From positions 2,755 to 66,754 of IMG/VR virus record IMGVR_UViG_2513237143_000002: a DNA stretch of 64,000 nucleotides, one strand, 5' to 3'. Source of the DNA: a virus. Its lineage: Duplodnaviria; Caudoviricetes. Shown piece by piece: positions 1-8,764 of this stretch. A program made the translations under genes and the position numbers. Numbering within the stretch: position 1 is the first letter of the stretch; each line of letters opens with the position of its first letter. The notes beneath the pieces were generated by a model. It was not told the origin of the DNA and ran no database searches. It worked only from the letters and a program-made list of their open reading frames with translations.

Positions 1-113
1 GCTCTTCCATGCGGAAGCGCGTACTTTCAAAAGCTTGGAACGAGTGTCCATGCCTTAAGCAAGGCATTGGTATCCGGCAAGCCATGAACGGATCTTTGAG
101 AAGAAGAGAAGAA

Positions 114-162
114 TGGTGGGTGATCACGGGCTCGAACCGTGGACCCGCTGATTAAGAGTCAG
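114..162 (-). repeat. att core: 3' half of tRNA-Lys(CTT), left boundary of the satellite-like island
   Basis: The minus strand reads CTGACTCTTAATCAGCGGGTCCACGGTTCGAGCCCGTGATCACCCACCA: anticodon arm (CTT), T-arm and CCA. The 5' half of the tRNA is absent. Confidence 0.93.
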
Positions 163-269
163 TAGGCACGCCAATCTTATCAGCGGCATGCGTTAACGTA
201 ACATGCTGTTTTTCTTTCAGTTTATAATTTGACGTAGTTTCGAGTGTTAGGGTATGTTATAGCGATCCT

Positions 270-288
270 GCGCGGAAAAGCGCGGAAA
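270..288 (+). promoter_or_regulatory. Putative integrase arm-binding sites (GCGCGGAAA x2)
   Basis: GCGCGGAAA at 270-278 and 280-288; the same pair recurs at 10686-10706 inside the other end of the island. Confidence 0.65.
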
Positions 289-313
289 TTTTCCTGAATT
301 CAGCAGGTCCAAT

Positions 314-1531
314 ATGAAGCTCACGGCCGCCTCAATCGCCACATTGCCCCCTCGCAAACTCCCCTATCCTGATAGCCTCCTCCCCGGCCTCGCCCTCTAT
401 GTCGGCACCAGGCGGCGTACATGGCTCCTGCGCTACCGTAGCGGCGGCGGGAAACAGGTGCACGACAAGATCGGTTATTTCATCCCGAATGCGCCGGAAG
501 ACTCAGAGTCGCTCGGCCTTGCCGCCGCTCGTGAGAAGGCACGCGAAATCCTCGGTCGCGTCGAGGCGGGCGTCCCGGTCGCCGAAGCGCCGGTTCATCA
601 TCCTAAGACAGGCGGCGAGACCGTCGAACAGTCCCTGGACAAATATGAGAAATACCGCACTCGGCAGGGTGGCCGGATCAAGTCGCTGCCGAAGACTATG
701 AAGGCGCTACACTCGGCGCTCGCCGACTATGCCACCCTTCCCGTCGCCAACTTTACGCGACGCGATCTGCGCAGGGCGGCAGAGGTAATTGCCGACCGTG
801 GCTCGGTTCATGCGGCCTCGGCCTTCCTACGCTATGCCGGGCCATGGCTGAAATGGCTGGTGGAACGGGAACTGATCGAAACCAACTTCGCTCGGGACGT
901 GTCCAAGCCTGCCGCCGTTAAGAAGCGCAAGCGGGTTTTGAGCGATGAGGAGATCAGGCTCGTCTGGACAGCAGCAGGCTCAATGGAGGGCGTCCGCCGC
1001 GATGCGGCCAAGAACTACGGCAGGGCTGTGCAGCTCTTGATGTTGACGGGCCAACGGCTCGATGAGGTGATCAGCCTCAAGCATGGCGATATCCTCGACG
1101 GCAAGTGGCGCTTAAAGGGCGAACACAACAAGAGCGACCGCGACCACGTCGTCACGTTCTCGAAAACCGCCTTGAAGATCATCGGCACCGGAGAGGCCGA
1201 CCAGCGCGTCTTTCCGGGAGTGCATGGCAAGATTTCCGGATTTTCACGGCTAAAGAAGGATTTGGACAACCTTTCCGGCACTAGTGGCTGGCGCCTCCAC
1301 GATTTGAGGCGAACGCTTTTCACGCGCCTGGTCGAAGACCTCGACTTCCCCGAAGAAATCGCCCACGCCGTCTGCAATCACAAGCAACAGGGGCTTAGCG
1401 CCGTCTATAATCAAGCAAGCCGCGAACGGCAGAAAGCAAAGGCATGGGAAGCATGGGATGACCGTCTGCGCGTGATCCTCGCAACGCAAAAGGTGGTGAC
1501 GCTGGCAAAACCGCTAACCGGACTGAAGTAA
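314..1531 (+). CDS. int: Tyrosine recombinase/integrase with N-terminal arm-binding domain
   Basis: Catalytic motifs TGQRLDEV, WRLHDLRRT, CNH and VYN; adjacent to att. Confidence 0.95.
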   Translation: MKLTAASIATLPPRKLPYPDSLLPGLALYVGTRRRTWLLRYRSGGGKQVHDKIGYFIPNAPEDSESLGLAAAREKAREILGRVEAGVPVAEAPVHHPKTGGETVEQSLDKYEKYRTRQGGRIKSLPKTMKALHSALADYATLPVANFTRRDLRRAAEVIADRGSVHAASAFLRYAGPWLKWLVERELIETNFARDVSKPAAVKKRKRVLSDEEIRLVWTAAGSMEGVRRDAAKNYGRAVQLLMLTGQRLDEVISLKHGDILDGKWRLKGEHNKSDRDHVVTFSKTALKIIGTGEADQRVFPGVHGKISGFSRLKKDLDNLSGTSGWRLHDLRRTLFTRLVEDLDFPEEIAHAVCNHKQQGLSAVYNQASRERQKAKAWEAWDDRLRVILATQKVVTLAKPLTGLK

Positions 1532-1534
1532 ACG

Positions 1535-1606
1535 TACAATTTACTTGGATGCTAATTACCTTTATGGCAACAGAAATGGCCATCCACTCATACAAGTTAC
1601 TTGGAT
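1535..1606 (+). promoter_or_regulatory. 16-bp direct repeat TACAA(T/G)TTACTTGGAT, candidate operator
   Basis: Copies at 1535-1550 and 1591-1606 (one mismatch) in the AT-rich gap upstream of the replication operon. Confidence 0.55.
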
Positions 1607-1629
1607 AATCGCATGAAATTGCATGCATT

Positions 1630-1956
1630 TTGATGTTTTTACATTTATTCCCATCGCGTTCGGGGATTTACTTCTGGGGTAATCCGCAAAATGGGAGAAG
1701 CACCATGGGATTCTTCTCGGATCGCTACGTCAGGGTCTATCACCACCACCTCAAGAACGCAGGCGAAGTCACCAGCCGCTACGATCAACACATGAAGATC
1801 AAAAGGGGGTTGTTACCGCCACCGCACAAGGACGGCGACACGCAACAGGCGCGGGCATGGTGGTGGGCGTGGGAAATCGATGAGGCGATTGAATGCCAGC
1901 GCCGCGCCATCGCCGCGTCGGAGCGCGAGCGCCGCCAGCTTGAGGCGGCCGAATAA
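1630..1956 (+). CDS. Hypothetical protein (true start probably the downstream MGFFSDRY)
   Basis: ORF in the operon direction with a charged helical C-terminus; no family recognised. Confidence 0.55.
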   Translation: MMFLHLFPSRSGIYFWGNPQNGRSTMGFFSDRYVRVYHHHLKNAGEVTSRYDQHMKIKRGLLPPPHKDGDTQQARAWWWAWEIDEAIECQRRAIAASERERRQLEAAE

Positions 1957-2083
1957 AGAAGGGGCGCGACGATGCCGGCCCCTCTAAGCATGTTTCCAGT
2001 CTGGCGAATATAATCAGCCGCAACATGCAAGACAAGCATCGTCGCCGAGAGCCCCCTTCCCCAGCCCAAGGAAGGGAAGCCAG

Positions 2084-2341
2084 ATGACTGCCGATAATGT
2101 CATCCGTATACCCGTCACGCCCGATCATCGATGGTGGCGGTTCCTACTGCGCAATTGCGCCGGCCATGTATGGGCTTGCGAGGAGAATATTCGCCAGATC
2201 GCTCGCCACGATCTTGTGTTGCGGCGTCATGCCAAGGCGCAGGATGTCGAGGCGATGCGGGACCGTTTCCAATGGCTCGGGTTCCGCGACCGCTTGCCTT
2301 TCAGCCTTATCGCTGCCGCCATTGATGAGGCGATGCAATGA
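2084..2341 (+). CDS. Hypothetical protein
   Basis: Upstream GGAAGGG RBS-like sequence; ATGA overlap with the VapE gene. Confidence 0.6.
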   Translation: MTADNVIRIPVTPDHRWWRFLLRNCAGHVWACEENIRQIARHDLVLRRHAKAQDVEAMRDRFQWLGFRDRLPFSLIAAAIDEAMQ

Positions 2342-3588
2342 AAGCGGATGTAAGGCCCATCTCACACGGCGCCTATGACGGCTGGAAACGCGAACTCCAG
2401 ACGCGAAGGAACGGTGACTATGAGGCGAACCTCAGCAACGCCATTACGGCTCTGCGCGCCACCCATGCCCGCGAATTCTGGTATGACGCGATGACGCTGC
2501 AGATCATGCGCCGCACCTTCGGCACCCCATACATGACGCCCGAATTCACAGAAGAACAGTGCTATGACGACCGGCCGTTTGTAGAGGACGATCTAACCAT
2601 CATCCAAAAGTTTCTCCAAGACGAAGGCATGCGTCACATGCCGCGCCAAGCGGTAATGGACGCCGTGGCGCTGATCGCGCACGAGAACAGCTATCACCCG
2701 GTTTGCGGGTATCTAAACAATCGCGAATGGGACGGCGTGCCCCGGCTCGACACCTGGCTCTCTACCTATCTCGGCGCCGAACAATCCGACTACACCGCCG
2801 GCATCGGCCGTATGTTCCTGATTTCGATGATGGCGCGCGTCTTCAAGCCGGGCTGCAAGGCGGATCACATGATGGTGCTCGAAGGCGAACAGGGAACGCT
2901 GAAATCGACCGCCTGCGAGGTGCTGGCGGGCGAGTACTTCTCCGATCAACTCCCCGATATCGCCACCTGTGGCAAGGACGCCTCACAGCATTTGCGCGGC
3001 AAATGGCTGGTTGAGGTCGCGGAGCTTAGCGCCATGGGGCGCGCCGAGAACGCTCAGTTGAAAAGCTTCATCACCCGTCGCGTCGAACGCTATCGGCCGC
3101 CTTATGGCCGCGTCGAGCAGATAGAGCCACGACAATGCGTGTTCGTCGGCACCACGAACGCCTCGGCCTACCTCAGGGACGAGACCGGCGGCCGCCGGTT
3201 CTGGCCGGTGAAATGCGGCCGGATCGATATCGCGGCTTTACGCAAGGATCGTAACCAGCTTTTCGCCGAAGCCGTCCATGCTTTTCGCAATCGCGAGAAA
3301 TGGTGGCCGGATCGGGCCTTCGAAAAGAAGCACATCCAGCCGCAGCAGGAGAGGCGTTTTGAGGCCGACGCATGGGAGGAACCTATTCGAACCTTTGTTG
3401 CCGGCCAGCAATACGTGACGCTGACGCAAGTGGCGATTGGCGCTCTCAAGATGGAAGTGAAGCAATTCACCACAAGGCCCCAGAGGCGCGTCGCGGCGAT
3501 ACTTGAAAGCCTCGGATGGGAACGCGACGACAGCAAGGATGCTGCCACTAACAGGACGAGATGGCGGGCGCCGGAGGTGGGGTCGTGA
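2338..3588 (+). CDS. VapE (virulence-associated E) family SF3 helicase/replication ATPase
   Basis: Walker A GEQGTLKST, Walker B WLVEVAEL, FVGTTN and DETGGRRFWPV motifs. Confidence 0.92.
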   Translation: MKADVRPISHGAYDGWKRELQTRRNGDYEANLSNAITALRATHAREFWYDAMTLQIMRRTFGTPYMTPEFTEEQCYDDRPFVEDDLTIIQKFLQDEGMRHMPRQAVMDAVALIAHENSYHPVCGYLNNREWDGVPRLDTWLSTYLGAEQSDYTAGIGRMFLISMMARVFKPGCKADHMMVLEGEQGTLKSTACEVLAGEYFSDQLPDIATCGKDASQHLRGKWLVEVAELSAMGRAENAQLKSFITRRVERYRPPYGRVEQIEPRQCVFVGTTNASAYLRDETGGRRFWPVKCGRIDIAALRKDRNQLFAEAVHAFRNREKWWPDRAFEKKHIQPQQERRFEADAWEEPIRTFVAGQQYVTLTQVAIGALKMEVKQFTTRPQRRVAAILESLGWERDDSKDAATNRTRWRAPEVGS

Positions 3589-3593
3589 GTGCC

Positions 3594-3715
3594 GAAGGCA
3601 TCGAAGGCATTCTGCACAAAAGCAAATACGCGCGCGCGTATAATAAAATCAAACGGTTAGGGAGGTTCCTCAAAGGCTCTAATGGGGCGGTGCCTTCAGT
3701 GCCTTCAGTGCCTTC
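3594..3715. promoter_or_regulatory. Putative replication origin with inverted iterons
   Basis: GAAGGCA x2 (3594, 3603) and TGCCTTC x3 (3691, 3700, 3709) with 9-bp period, flanking an A-rich stretch and a (CG)n palindrome at about 3627-3640. Confidence 0.7.
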
Positions 3716-3768
3716 GTATCGAAGTGAACCGCGCCGGATCGATCTGGCGCAAGCAAAGGAGGATCGAA

Positions 3769-4425
3769 ATGAGCGAGCGAATGACGAAAGGCGAACGCGA
3801 GGATTTGCAGCGGCTCATCCGTCAGCGCGAGAAGGTGTTGAAAAGCGCGGCCAAGCAGCGATCAACCGAATTGCTTGCTGACTTCGAGAACCAGATTTCC
3901 GCGATGTACCAGTTCGACGACGACGAGGTTTGGGCAGCGGCCGAAAAGGCGGCAGCGGTCGAAGTCGAAAAGGCTAAACTGCGCGTCGCAGCCCGCTGCG
4001 CGGAACTGGGCATTCCCAAGCAATTTGCACCCAGCCTCAATCTCTACTGGAGCGGACGCAGCTATCATAATGGCGTCAAGCAACGCCGTGACGAACTGCG
4101 AAAGGCTGCACAGGCGCAGGTCGCCGCGCTGGAACAGAAAGCCATCGTCGCAATCGAAACGGCGTCCGTAGAGGCGCAAACCCAGGTCGCCATTGCCGGG
4201 CTGACGAGCGAAGCCGCGCGCGCCTTCATCTCCAATCTTCCCGCAGTGGATAGCCTTATGCCTACCTTGTCCTATCAAGAGATCGCGGGCGAAAGCGATA
4301 CGCCGATAGTCGAGCAAATGTTGACGCCGAATGCACTTCGCCAGCGCCGATTTCGAGAGCGTCAGAAGGCGTTACGTGACGCCAATGTAACGTTACCGAC
4401 AGGGGAAAACGAGGAAAGGCAATGA
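3769..4425 (+). CDS. Hypothetical coiled-coil protein
   Basis: AGGAGG RBS before ATG 3769; helical, charged sequence; overlaps the next gene. Confidence 0.75.
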   Translation: MSERMTKGEREDLQRLIRQREKVLKSAAKQRSTELLADFENQISAMYQFDDDEVWAAAEKAAAVEVEKAKLRVAARCAELGIPKQFAPSLNLYWSGRSYHNGVKQRRDELRKAAQAQVAALEQKAIVAIETASVEAQTQVAIAGLTSEAARAFISNLPAVDSLMPTLSYQEIAGESDTPIVEQMLTPNALRQRRFRERQKALRDANVTLPTGENEERQ

Positions 4426-4754
4426 GCGAGCGTCGTCGCATGCTCGATCAGGGCATCGCCGTCGTCGGAACCATGCGCAAGGTCGGCGGCGTCCTAGTCG
4501 ACCATGACTTAATCGCTTACGCGCAGGAGCGCGGGCTTGTCGTCCGCATTGATCGCCAGACGGACTGGGGCAATCCCTTCCCAGCGACATCGGAGTCGGA
4601 TCGCGATCCGGTCTGCGACCGATACGAAAGTTACCTGCGCGCCAATCCCGATCTGCTTGCACGCATCCCCTCACTCAAGGGCAAGCTGCTCTTGTGCTGG
4701 TGTCATCCTCGCAGGTGTCATGGCGACTTACTCGCAGCTCTGGCGAATGAGTGA
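4422..4754 (+). CDS. DUF4326 domain protein
   Basis: WGNPF and LKGKLLLCWCHPRRCHGDLL motifs. Confidence 0.85.
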   Translation: MSERRRMLDQGIAVVGTMRKVGGVLVDHDLIAYAQERGLVVRIDRQTDWGNPFPATSESDRDPVCDRYESYLRANPDLLARIPSLKGKLLLCWCHPRRCHGDLLAALANE

Positions 4755-5061
4755 ACGTGATGTTTCCGCCGGGGGATGGGCGGCAGGGGGGCGGGTCGCT
4801 AGGTTTGAGCAGGTGCTGGGGCCCGGCGGGGGCAGTCGCACGCGAGAATCCGGGCGGGACAATTTGGGGTTTTGTCTATACCAAAGGCCGGGAAATAGGT
4901 GCTCCTGATCTCGTTCTATCCGGCGCCAACCGCGCCGAACCCCGCCGTCACAGGATGCAACCGCCACTGCAACAACGACCCAGAGCTGCGGCGGCGATAG
5001 CGCCACCGTCATCGTTTCCTTTGCTATTGAGCGGCAGCGCCATCAATCTTATATCCTGAAG

Positions 5062-5084
5062 GCAGCGCGTTTCGGCGCTGCTTT
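5062..5084 (+). terminator. Possible intrinsic terminator
   Basis: GCAGCGC-GTTTCG-GCGCTGC hairpin followed by TTT. Confidence 0.45.
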
Positions 5085-5101
5085 CATTATGGGGATGACA
5101 C

Positions 5102-5407
5102 ATGGGGCGCATGAAAGAAATGATGCTGGAACGCGAGGGCAACCTTGCTCTGGCAGCGGATTACCTTGTTCAGAAAGGCGTTCTCGAGAAATGTGAACAC
5201 CACGGCGAGATATTCGGTGGTGGTTACTGGGATCTCGAACCAGAGTTCTGGCGGAATGGGATGGCTGATCGAAATCGCGGTGCGAGTGGGCCGGTCCCGT
5301 GGGCCGCCGAAATGGAGGCCCGTGAGTACACCGATCTCTTGAAGGAAGCATACGAAGATCACTCCGGCGACGGATGCGGGTATTGCGCGAAGAATATGGC
5401 TGACTGA
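5102..5407 (+). CDS. Hypothetical acidic protein (CxxH and CxxC motifs)
   Basis: Clean ORF with protein-like composition. Confidence 0.7.
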   Translation: MGRMKEMMLEREGNLALAADYLVQKGVLEKCEHHGEIFGGGYWDLEPEFWRNGMADRNRGASGPVPWAAEMEAREYTDLLKEAYEDHSGDGCGYCAKNMAD

Positions 5408-5556
5408 TTTTGATGACAGCAACGGTTGGGTCATCCGGCCGCTTAGTAATCGTTTCGTTTGCGTAACGATCATGTTATCCTTGGCTTGCCGTGGAGTGCT
5501 GACCGGCCAGCCAAGGATATCGCCCCTCCCCGGCCTAGGCCGATGGAGGTTTTTTA

Positions 5557-6642
5557 ATGCACGATTATCTTGAGGCATCCGATTGGCAGCGTATCCAGCG
5601 CATCGAAAAGGCGCTTGAGAGTCAGAAAGGCTTGCTTGTTGCTCTTGAAAGGGCCACTCGGCAACAGAAGCCCGGACGTGCCGCTCGCCGCGTCGATCCC
5701 GGCATGACGCTCATCAAAATGGCCGCCGCCTATGCGCGTGATGAAGGCGCCGAGGCTATCGAGGCCATCCGCCGCTCGGCCGTCGCCCCGGCGGATACAG
5801 TGACGCCGGGATGGGCCGCCGAATTAGTGCAATCCATCGTCGCCGGCTTCGTCCTGTCGATTGCCGGGCAAAGCGCCTATGCGGCGTTGGCGGCGAGAAC
5901 TGAGCCACTGCGGTTCGGCCGCAACGGCTCGCAAGCGGTAAGCTACGGCGGCGGCGCGTCGGCTGGGTTTGTTGGTGAAGGCGGGATGATCCCGGTCACG
6001 TCCGGCACAATCGGCAAATTGTTTGTGCGGCCGAAGAAAATCGCGGCGATTGCAACGTTCTCAAGCGAGACTGCAAAATCCGCCTCTTTCGAGACGGTTC
6101 TTGGCGCGCTGCTACGCGATGCGGCGGCAAAAGCGCTGGATGCGGTGTTTTTCGGAGATGCCGCAGGTAGCCCGGCGCAGCCGCCCGGCGTACTTGTCGG
6201 CCTCACGGCAATCCCTCCGTCATCGGCAATCGATCCGGTGCGGGCAATGGCCGCAGATATGGCGGGACTCGTCGCGGCGCTCGACAGCCCGCGCGATCCT
6301 TGTTTCGTCATGAGCCCGGCCAAGCGGCTCTTTGCCTCTGCAAACATTGGCCCGAGGTTTGATTATCCGGTCTTTGCCAGCAGCGCGATTCCGAACGATC
6401 GGCTGGTTTGCGTTGATGCGGCGGCGCTTACCGCAACGCACGGCGATACCCCGGATTTCCTGGCTGGCAACGAAATGATGATCGAGGAACAGGATGCAGA
6501 CGACATCGTCTCGCCGATCATGAGCGGTAGCCCGGTTCGCTCGATGTGGCAAACCGACACTCGGGCTTTGCAGGTCACGCTGGAATGCGCGTGGGCTATC
6601 CGCCCCGGCGGCGCGGCCTTTACGGAGGCGGTCACATGGTAA
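5557..6642 (+). CDS. HK97-fold major capsid protein homolog
   Basis: AGFVGEGGMIP, PKKIAAIATFS, AAKALDAVF and SMWQTD motifs; GGAGG RBS. Confidence 0.85.
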   Translation: MHDYLEASDWQRIQRIEKALESQKGLLVALERATRQQKPGRAARRVDPGMTLIKMAAAYARDEGAEAIEAIRRSAVAPADTVTPGWAAELVQSIVAGFVLSIAGQSAYAALAARTEPLRFGRNGSQAVSYGGGASAGFVGEGGMIPVTSGTIGKLFVRPKKIAAIATFSSETAKSASFETVLGALLRDAAAKALDAVFFGDAAGSPAQPPGVLVGLTAIPPSSAIDPVRAMAADMAGLVAALDSPRDPCFVMSPAKRLFASANIGPRFDYPVFASSAIPNDRLVCVDAAALTATHGDTPDFLAGNEMMIEEQDADDIVSPIMSGSPVRSMWQTDTRALQVTLECAWAIRPGGAAFTEAVTW

Positions 6643-7040
6643 AGCACACTTCTTTCGGCGATGCGGGCGATCTTACCCAACGGATGATCGAACGCCGTCG
6701 CCGGCTCGATGAGATGCAGCGGGAGGCGCCAGCGGCCCCGGCCGTGCAGTACATGACGAAAGCCGATTTCCGCGCTTTCAAGGCCGAGTTGGAAAAGGGT
6801 TTGCATGCAGCGGGCCAGCATGTCGGCAGACGGATCGCCGAGGAGCGCGCGGAAATCCAGGTGCAACACCGGCATTTCTTGACAGAGGCGCGCGCAACGC
6901 TTCGGCAGTTGCAATCGGAAGCGAGCGAGCGTCGATCCCAAATCGTTGCGATCCGGCGCGAAAACGAAAAGCTCGCCGACGAAATAGAGACGCTGAAACA
7001 GGCAATCGCCGAGCGGCCGGGTTTGCGGAGTGTAAAATGA
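6636..7040 (+). CDS. Hypothetical coiled-coil protein
   Basis: ATG 6636 with GGAGG RBS overlapping the capsid stop; heptad-like C-terminus. Confidence 0.7.
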   Translation: MVKHTSFGDAGDLTQRMIERRRRLDEMQREAPAAPAVQYMTKADFRAFKAELEKGLHAAGQHVGRRIAEERAEIQVQHRHFLTEARATLRQLQSEASERRSQIVAIRRENEKLADEIETLKQAIAERPGLRSVK

Positions 7041-7252
7041 ACGAGTCTCAAGCCCTCGCCGACGAATTCGCGCGCCGTCGCCAAAGCTTTGCCGGCGGCG
7101 ATATCTTCATCCTTGCTGTGCTCCCAGATGGTCGCGGTTTCCGCTGCCATACGGTCGAGTCAGGGCTTGAGGCCGAGGAACTAAGCCGCGACGAAATGGC
7201 CGCCGCCATTATCGAGCTTTACGGCGGCATGGCGCAGTTCAGGAAAAACTGA
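7037..7252 (+). CDS. Hypothetical protein
   Basis: ATGA overlap with the previous gene. Confidence 0.6.
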   Translation: MNESQALADEFARRRQSFAGGDIFILAVLPDGRGFRCHTVESGLEAEELSRDEMAAAIIELYGGMAQFRKN

Positions 7253-7361
7253 CGCGCACCGGAGCGGCGCCCATTTGGTTGCGTTTCCTCACACGTGACA
7301 ACGCATGATCGATTGCCCTAATTTCTTCAGGCCTGATTCGATAACCGGAGGGAGTGGGGAA

Positions 7362-7865
7362 ATGGTTACTGCTCGACAATCGCTTGGCGAATTTGGGGAG
7401 CAGCGCGTTGTCCAAGATTGCCATTGCCCCAGATGCAAGAGAACTAGAACGCTAGTCCGCCTTCCGCCGAATTTTAAGTGCGCAGACGTTATATGCGATT
7501 TTTGCGGCTATCTGGCTCAGGTTAAGGCCGCAAGCGTGAAACAACTAGATCGCCTGCCGAAATCCATCTTAGGCGCAGCATGGGGTCCCCAATGGGAGCG
7601 TATGCAGGCGGCCATCTATTTTCCGCTCTTTGTAGTGTTGGTGGCTCCGAACGGGGATTACTCCATATTTTATCTTTCCGCCGACTTGCAGGAAGCTGAG
7701 ATGTTCAAGCCTCGCAAGCCTCTCTCCGAGAAGGCCCGTCGCGCTGGTTGGCAGGGTTTTTTGTACGACATGCAAACTGTTGAAGGACGCGCCGTCGGTT
7801 GCGCTAGCCTTGCCCCCACCTACCTGCAAGCCTCCAGCAACCGTTTCGCGACGTTCGTGAGGTAG
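7362..7865 (+). CDS. DpnI-like (PD-(D/E)xK, Zn-binding) endonuclease catalytic domain
   Basis: GE...CPRC...ADVICDFC..LAQVK pattern matches the DpnI N-terminal domain; GGAGGGAG RBS before ATG 7362. Confidence 0.7.
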   Translation: MVTARQSLGEFGEQRVVQDCHCPRCKRTRTLVRLPPNFKCADVICDFCGYLAQVKAASVKQLDRLPKSILGAAWGPQWERMQAAIYFPLFVVLVAPNGDYSIFYLSADLQEAEMFKPRKPLSEKARRAGWQGFLYDMQTVEGRAVGCASLAPTYLQASSNRFATFVR

Positions 7866-8704
7866 TAAGGAAGGAACCACCGGCGCTCTTGTCCAATGTT
7901 GTAGTAATGGACAATCTTATGGTCTGGGACATTGTCCGACATTAAGTCGAGATGGTAATATATATTTGCTAGTTCACCCTTTAGCTCGGAAGTGTTGACT
8001 CGTATATGCTCGTCGCGCAACATCTCAGCCGTGACCAGATCGCTTGACCTGTCAAACTTTGTTTCCACAAAAAGCAATCCAAGCCTCAGCAGATTGCTGA
8101 TTGAGTGAGAAACATTCTGGCTTCCGAATTCATTTTCAATACGCGTTCCCCGCTCTTCGATGAATCTCATATATTCCAGTCTCCTCTCACCGAAATTAGC
8201 TGTGGCTAAAGTAGGCCTGACTTTGTCCAGACCTAGGTCGGCGTGTTCCTGTGCGCTTTCGAGATAGAAATTAAGAATCAGCGCATCTAGACCGCTCATG
8301 CGCTCCAATAGCTTAGGGAATGCGGGATCAAGAGGTCTCGCGTTGTTTGGATTCATCGCGTTTGCGAGCAAGGCGGCCCACATTTCTGTCAGATTGGGAT
8401 CGTCTTGCTTCGAAGCGCCTTCGAAGATCGCATACAGTTCACCCATTGGCAGCGATTTCGCCTTCTCAATGGGTATACCTGACGTCTCCAAGTGCTCCTT
8501 TGTTTTGACAAGTGTAGTGACCAGTCGTCGCGTCCGCCACTGCTTTACGCCATCGCCAAACAGTCCGCCGAACACGTCACCGACGACGCCCGCAATGCCG
8601 TCAAATGTGGTGTTCATTGCGCGTTCAGCTACGCGGGCGGCCGCCGCCTCCATCTCGCTTTTTAAAAGCGTAATTTCAGGCGCTTTCTGAATCTCATTCG
8701 ACAA
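7820..8704 (-). CDS. Abi-alpha (DUF4393) family protein
   Basis: DDPNLTEMWAALLANA and PAFPKLLERMSGLDALIL motifs; visibly AT-richer than flanking genes. Confidence 0.75.
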   Translation of the reverse strand: MSNEIQKAPEITLLKSEMEAAAARVAERAMNTTFDGIAGVVGDVFGGLFGDGVKQWRTRRLVTTLVKTKEHLETSGIPIEKAKSLPMGELYAIFEGASKQDDPNLTEMWAALLANAMNPNNARPLDPAFPKLLERMSGLDALILNFYLESAQEHADLGLDKVRPTLATANFGERRLEYMRFIEERGTRIENEFGSQNVSHSISNLLRLGLLFVETKFDRSSDLVTAEMLRDEHIRVNTSELKGELANIYYHLDLMSDNVPDHKIVHYYNIGQERRWFLPYYLTNVAKRLLEACR

Positions 8705-8724
8705 GTTGCGTCATCTCCGAGAGA

Positions 8725-8750
8725 AAGCCCGCCGGTCTCCCGGCGGGCTT
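8725..8750 (-). terminator. Intrinsic terminator
   Basis: 11-bp perfect stem AAGCCCGCCGG/CCGGCGGGCTT with a T tract on the minus strand. Confidence 0.75.
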
Positions 8751-8764
8751 ATAGAGGCGGGGTG

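Noticed and set aside
114-190. Complete tRNA-Lys gene
   Set aside because: Similarity stops after the anticodon arm; no D-arm or 5' acceptor strand in either copy, so these are att remnants.
3561-3881. 106-aa ORF over the iteron region
   Set aside because: The repeats translate as PSVPSVPS; the region is better explained as an origin, and the ORF overlaps two better-supported genes.
5557-6642. Calling the island a capsid-forming PICI or a degenerate prophage
   Set aside because: No portal, protease, terminase or head-tail genes are recognisable; both att ends and arm sites are intact, which argues against simple decay.
7921-7955. Possible target of the pentamer array inside the satellite
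   Set aside because: Only about half of the 22 specified positions match, which is not distinguishable from chance.
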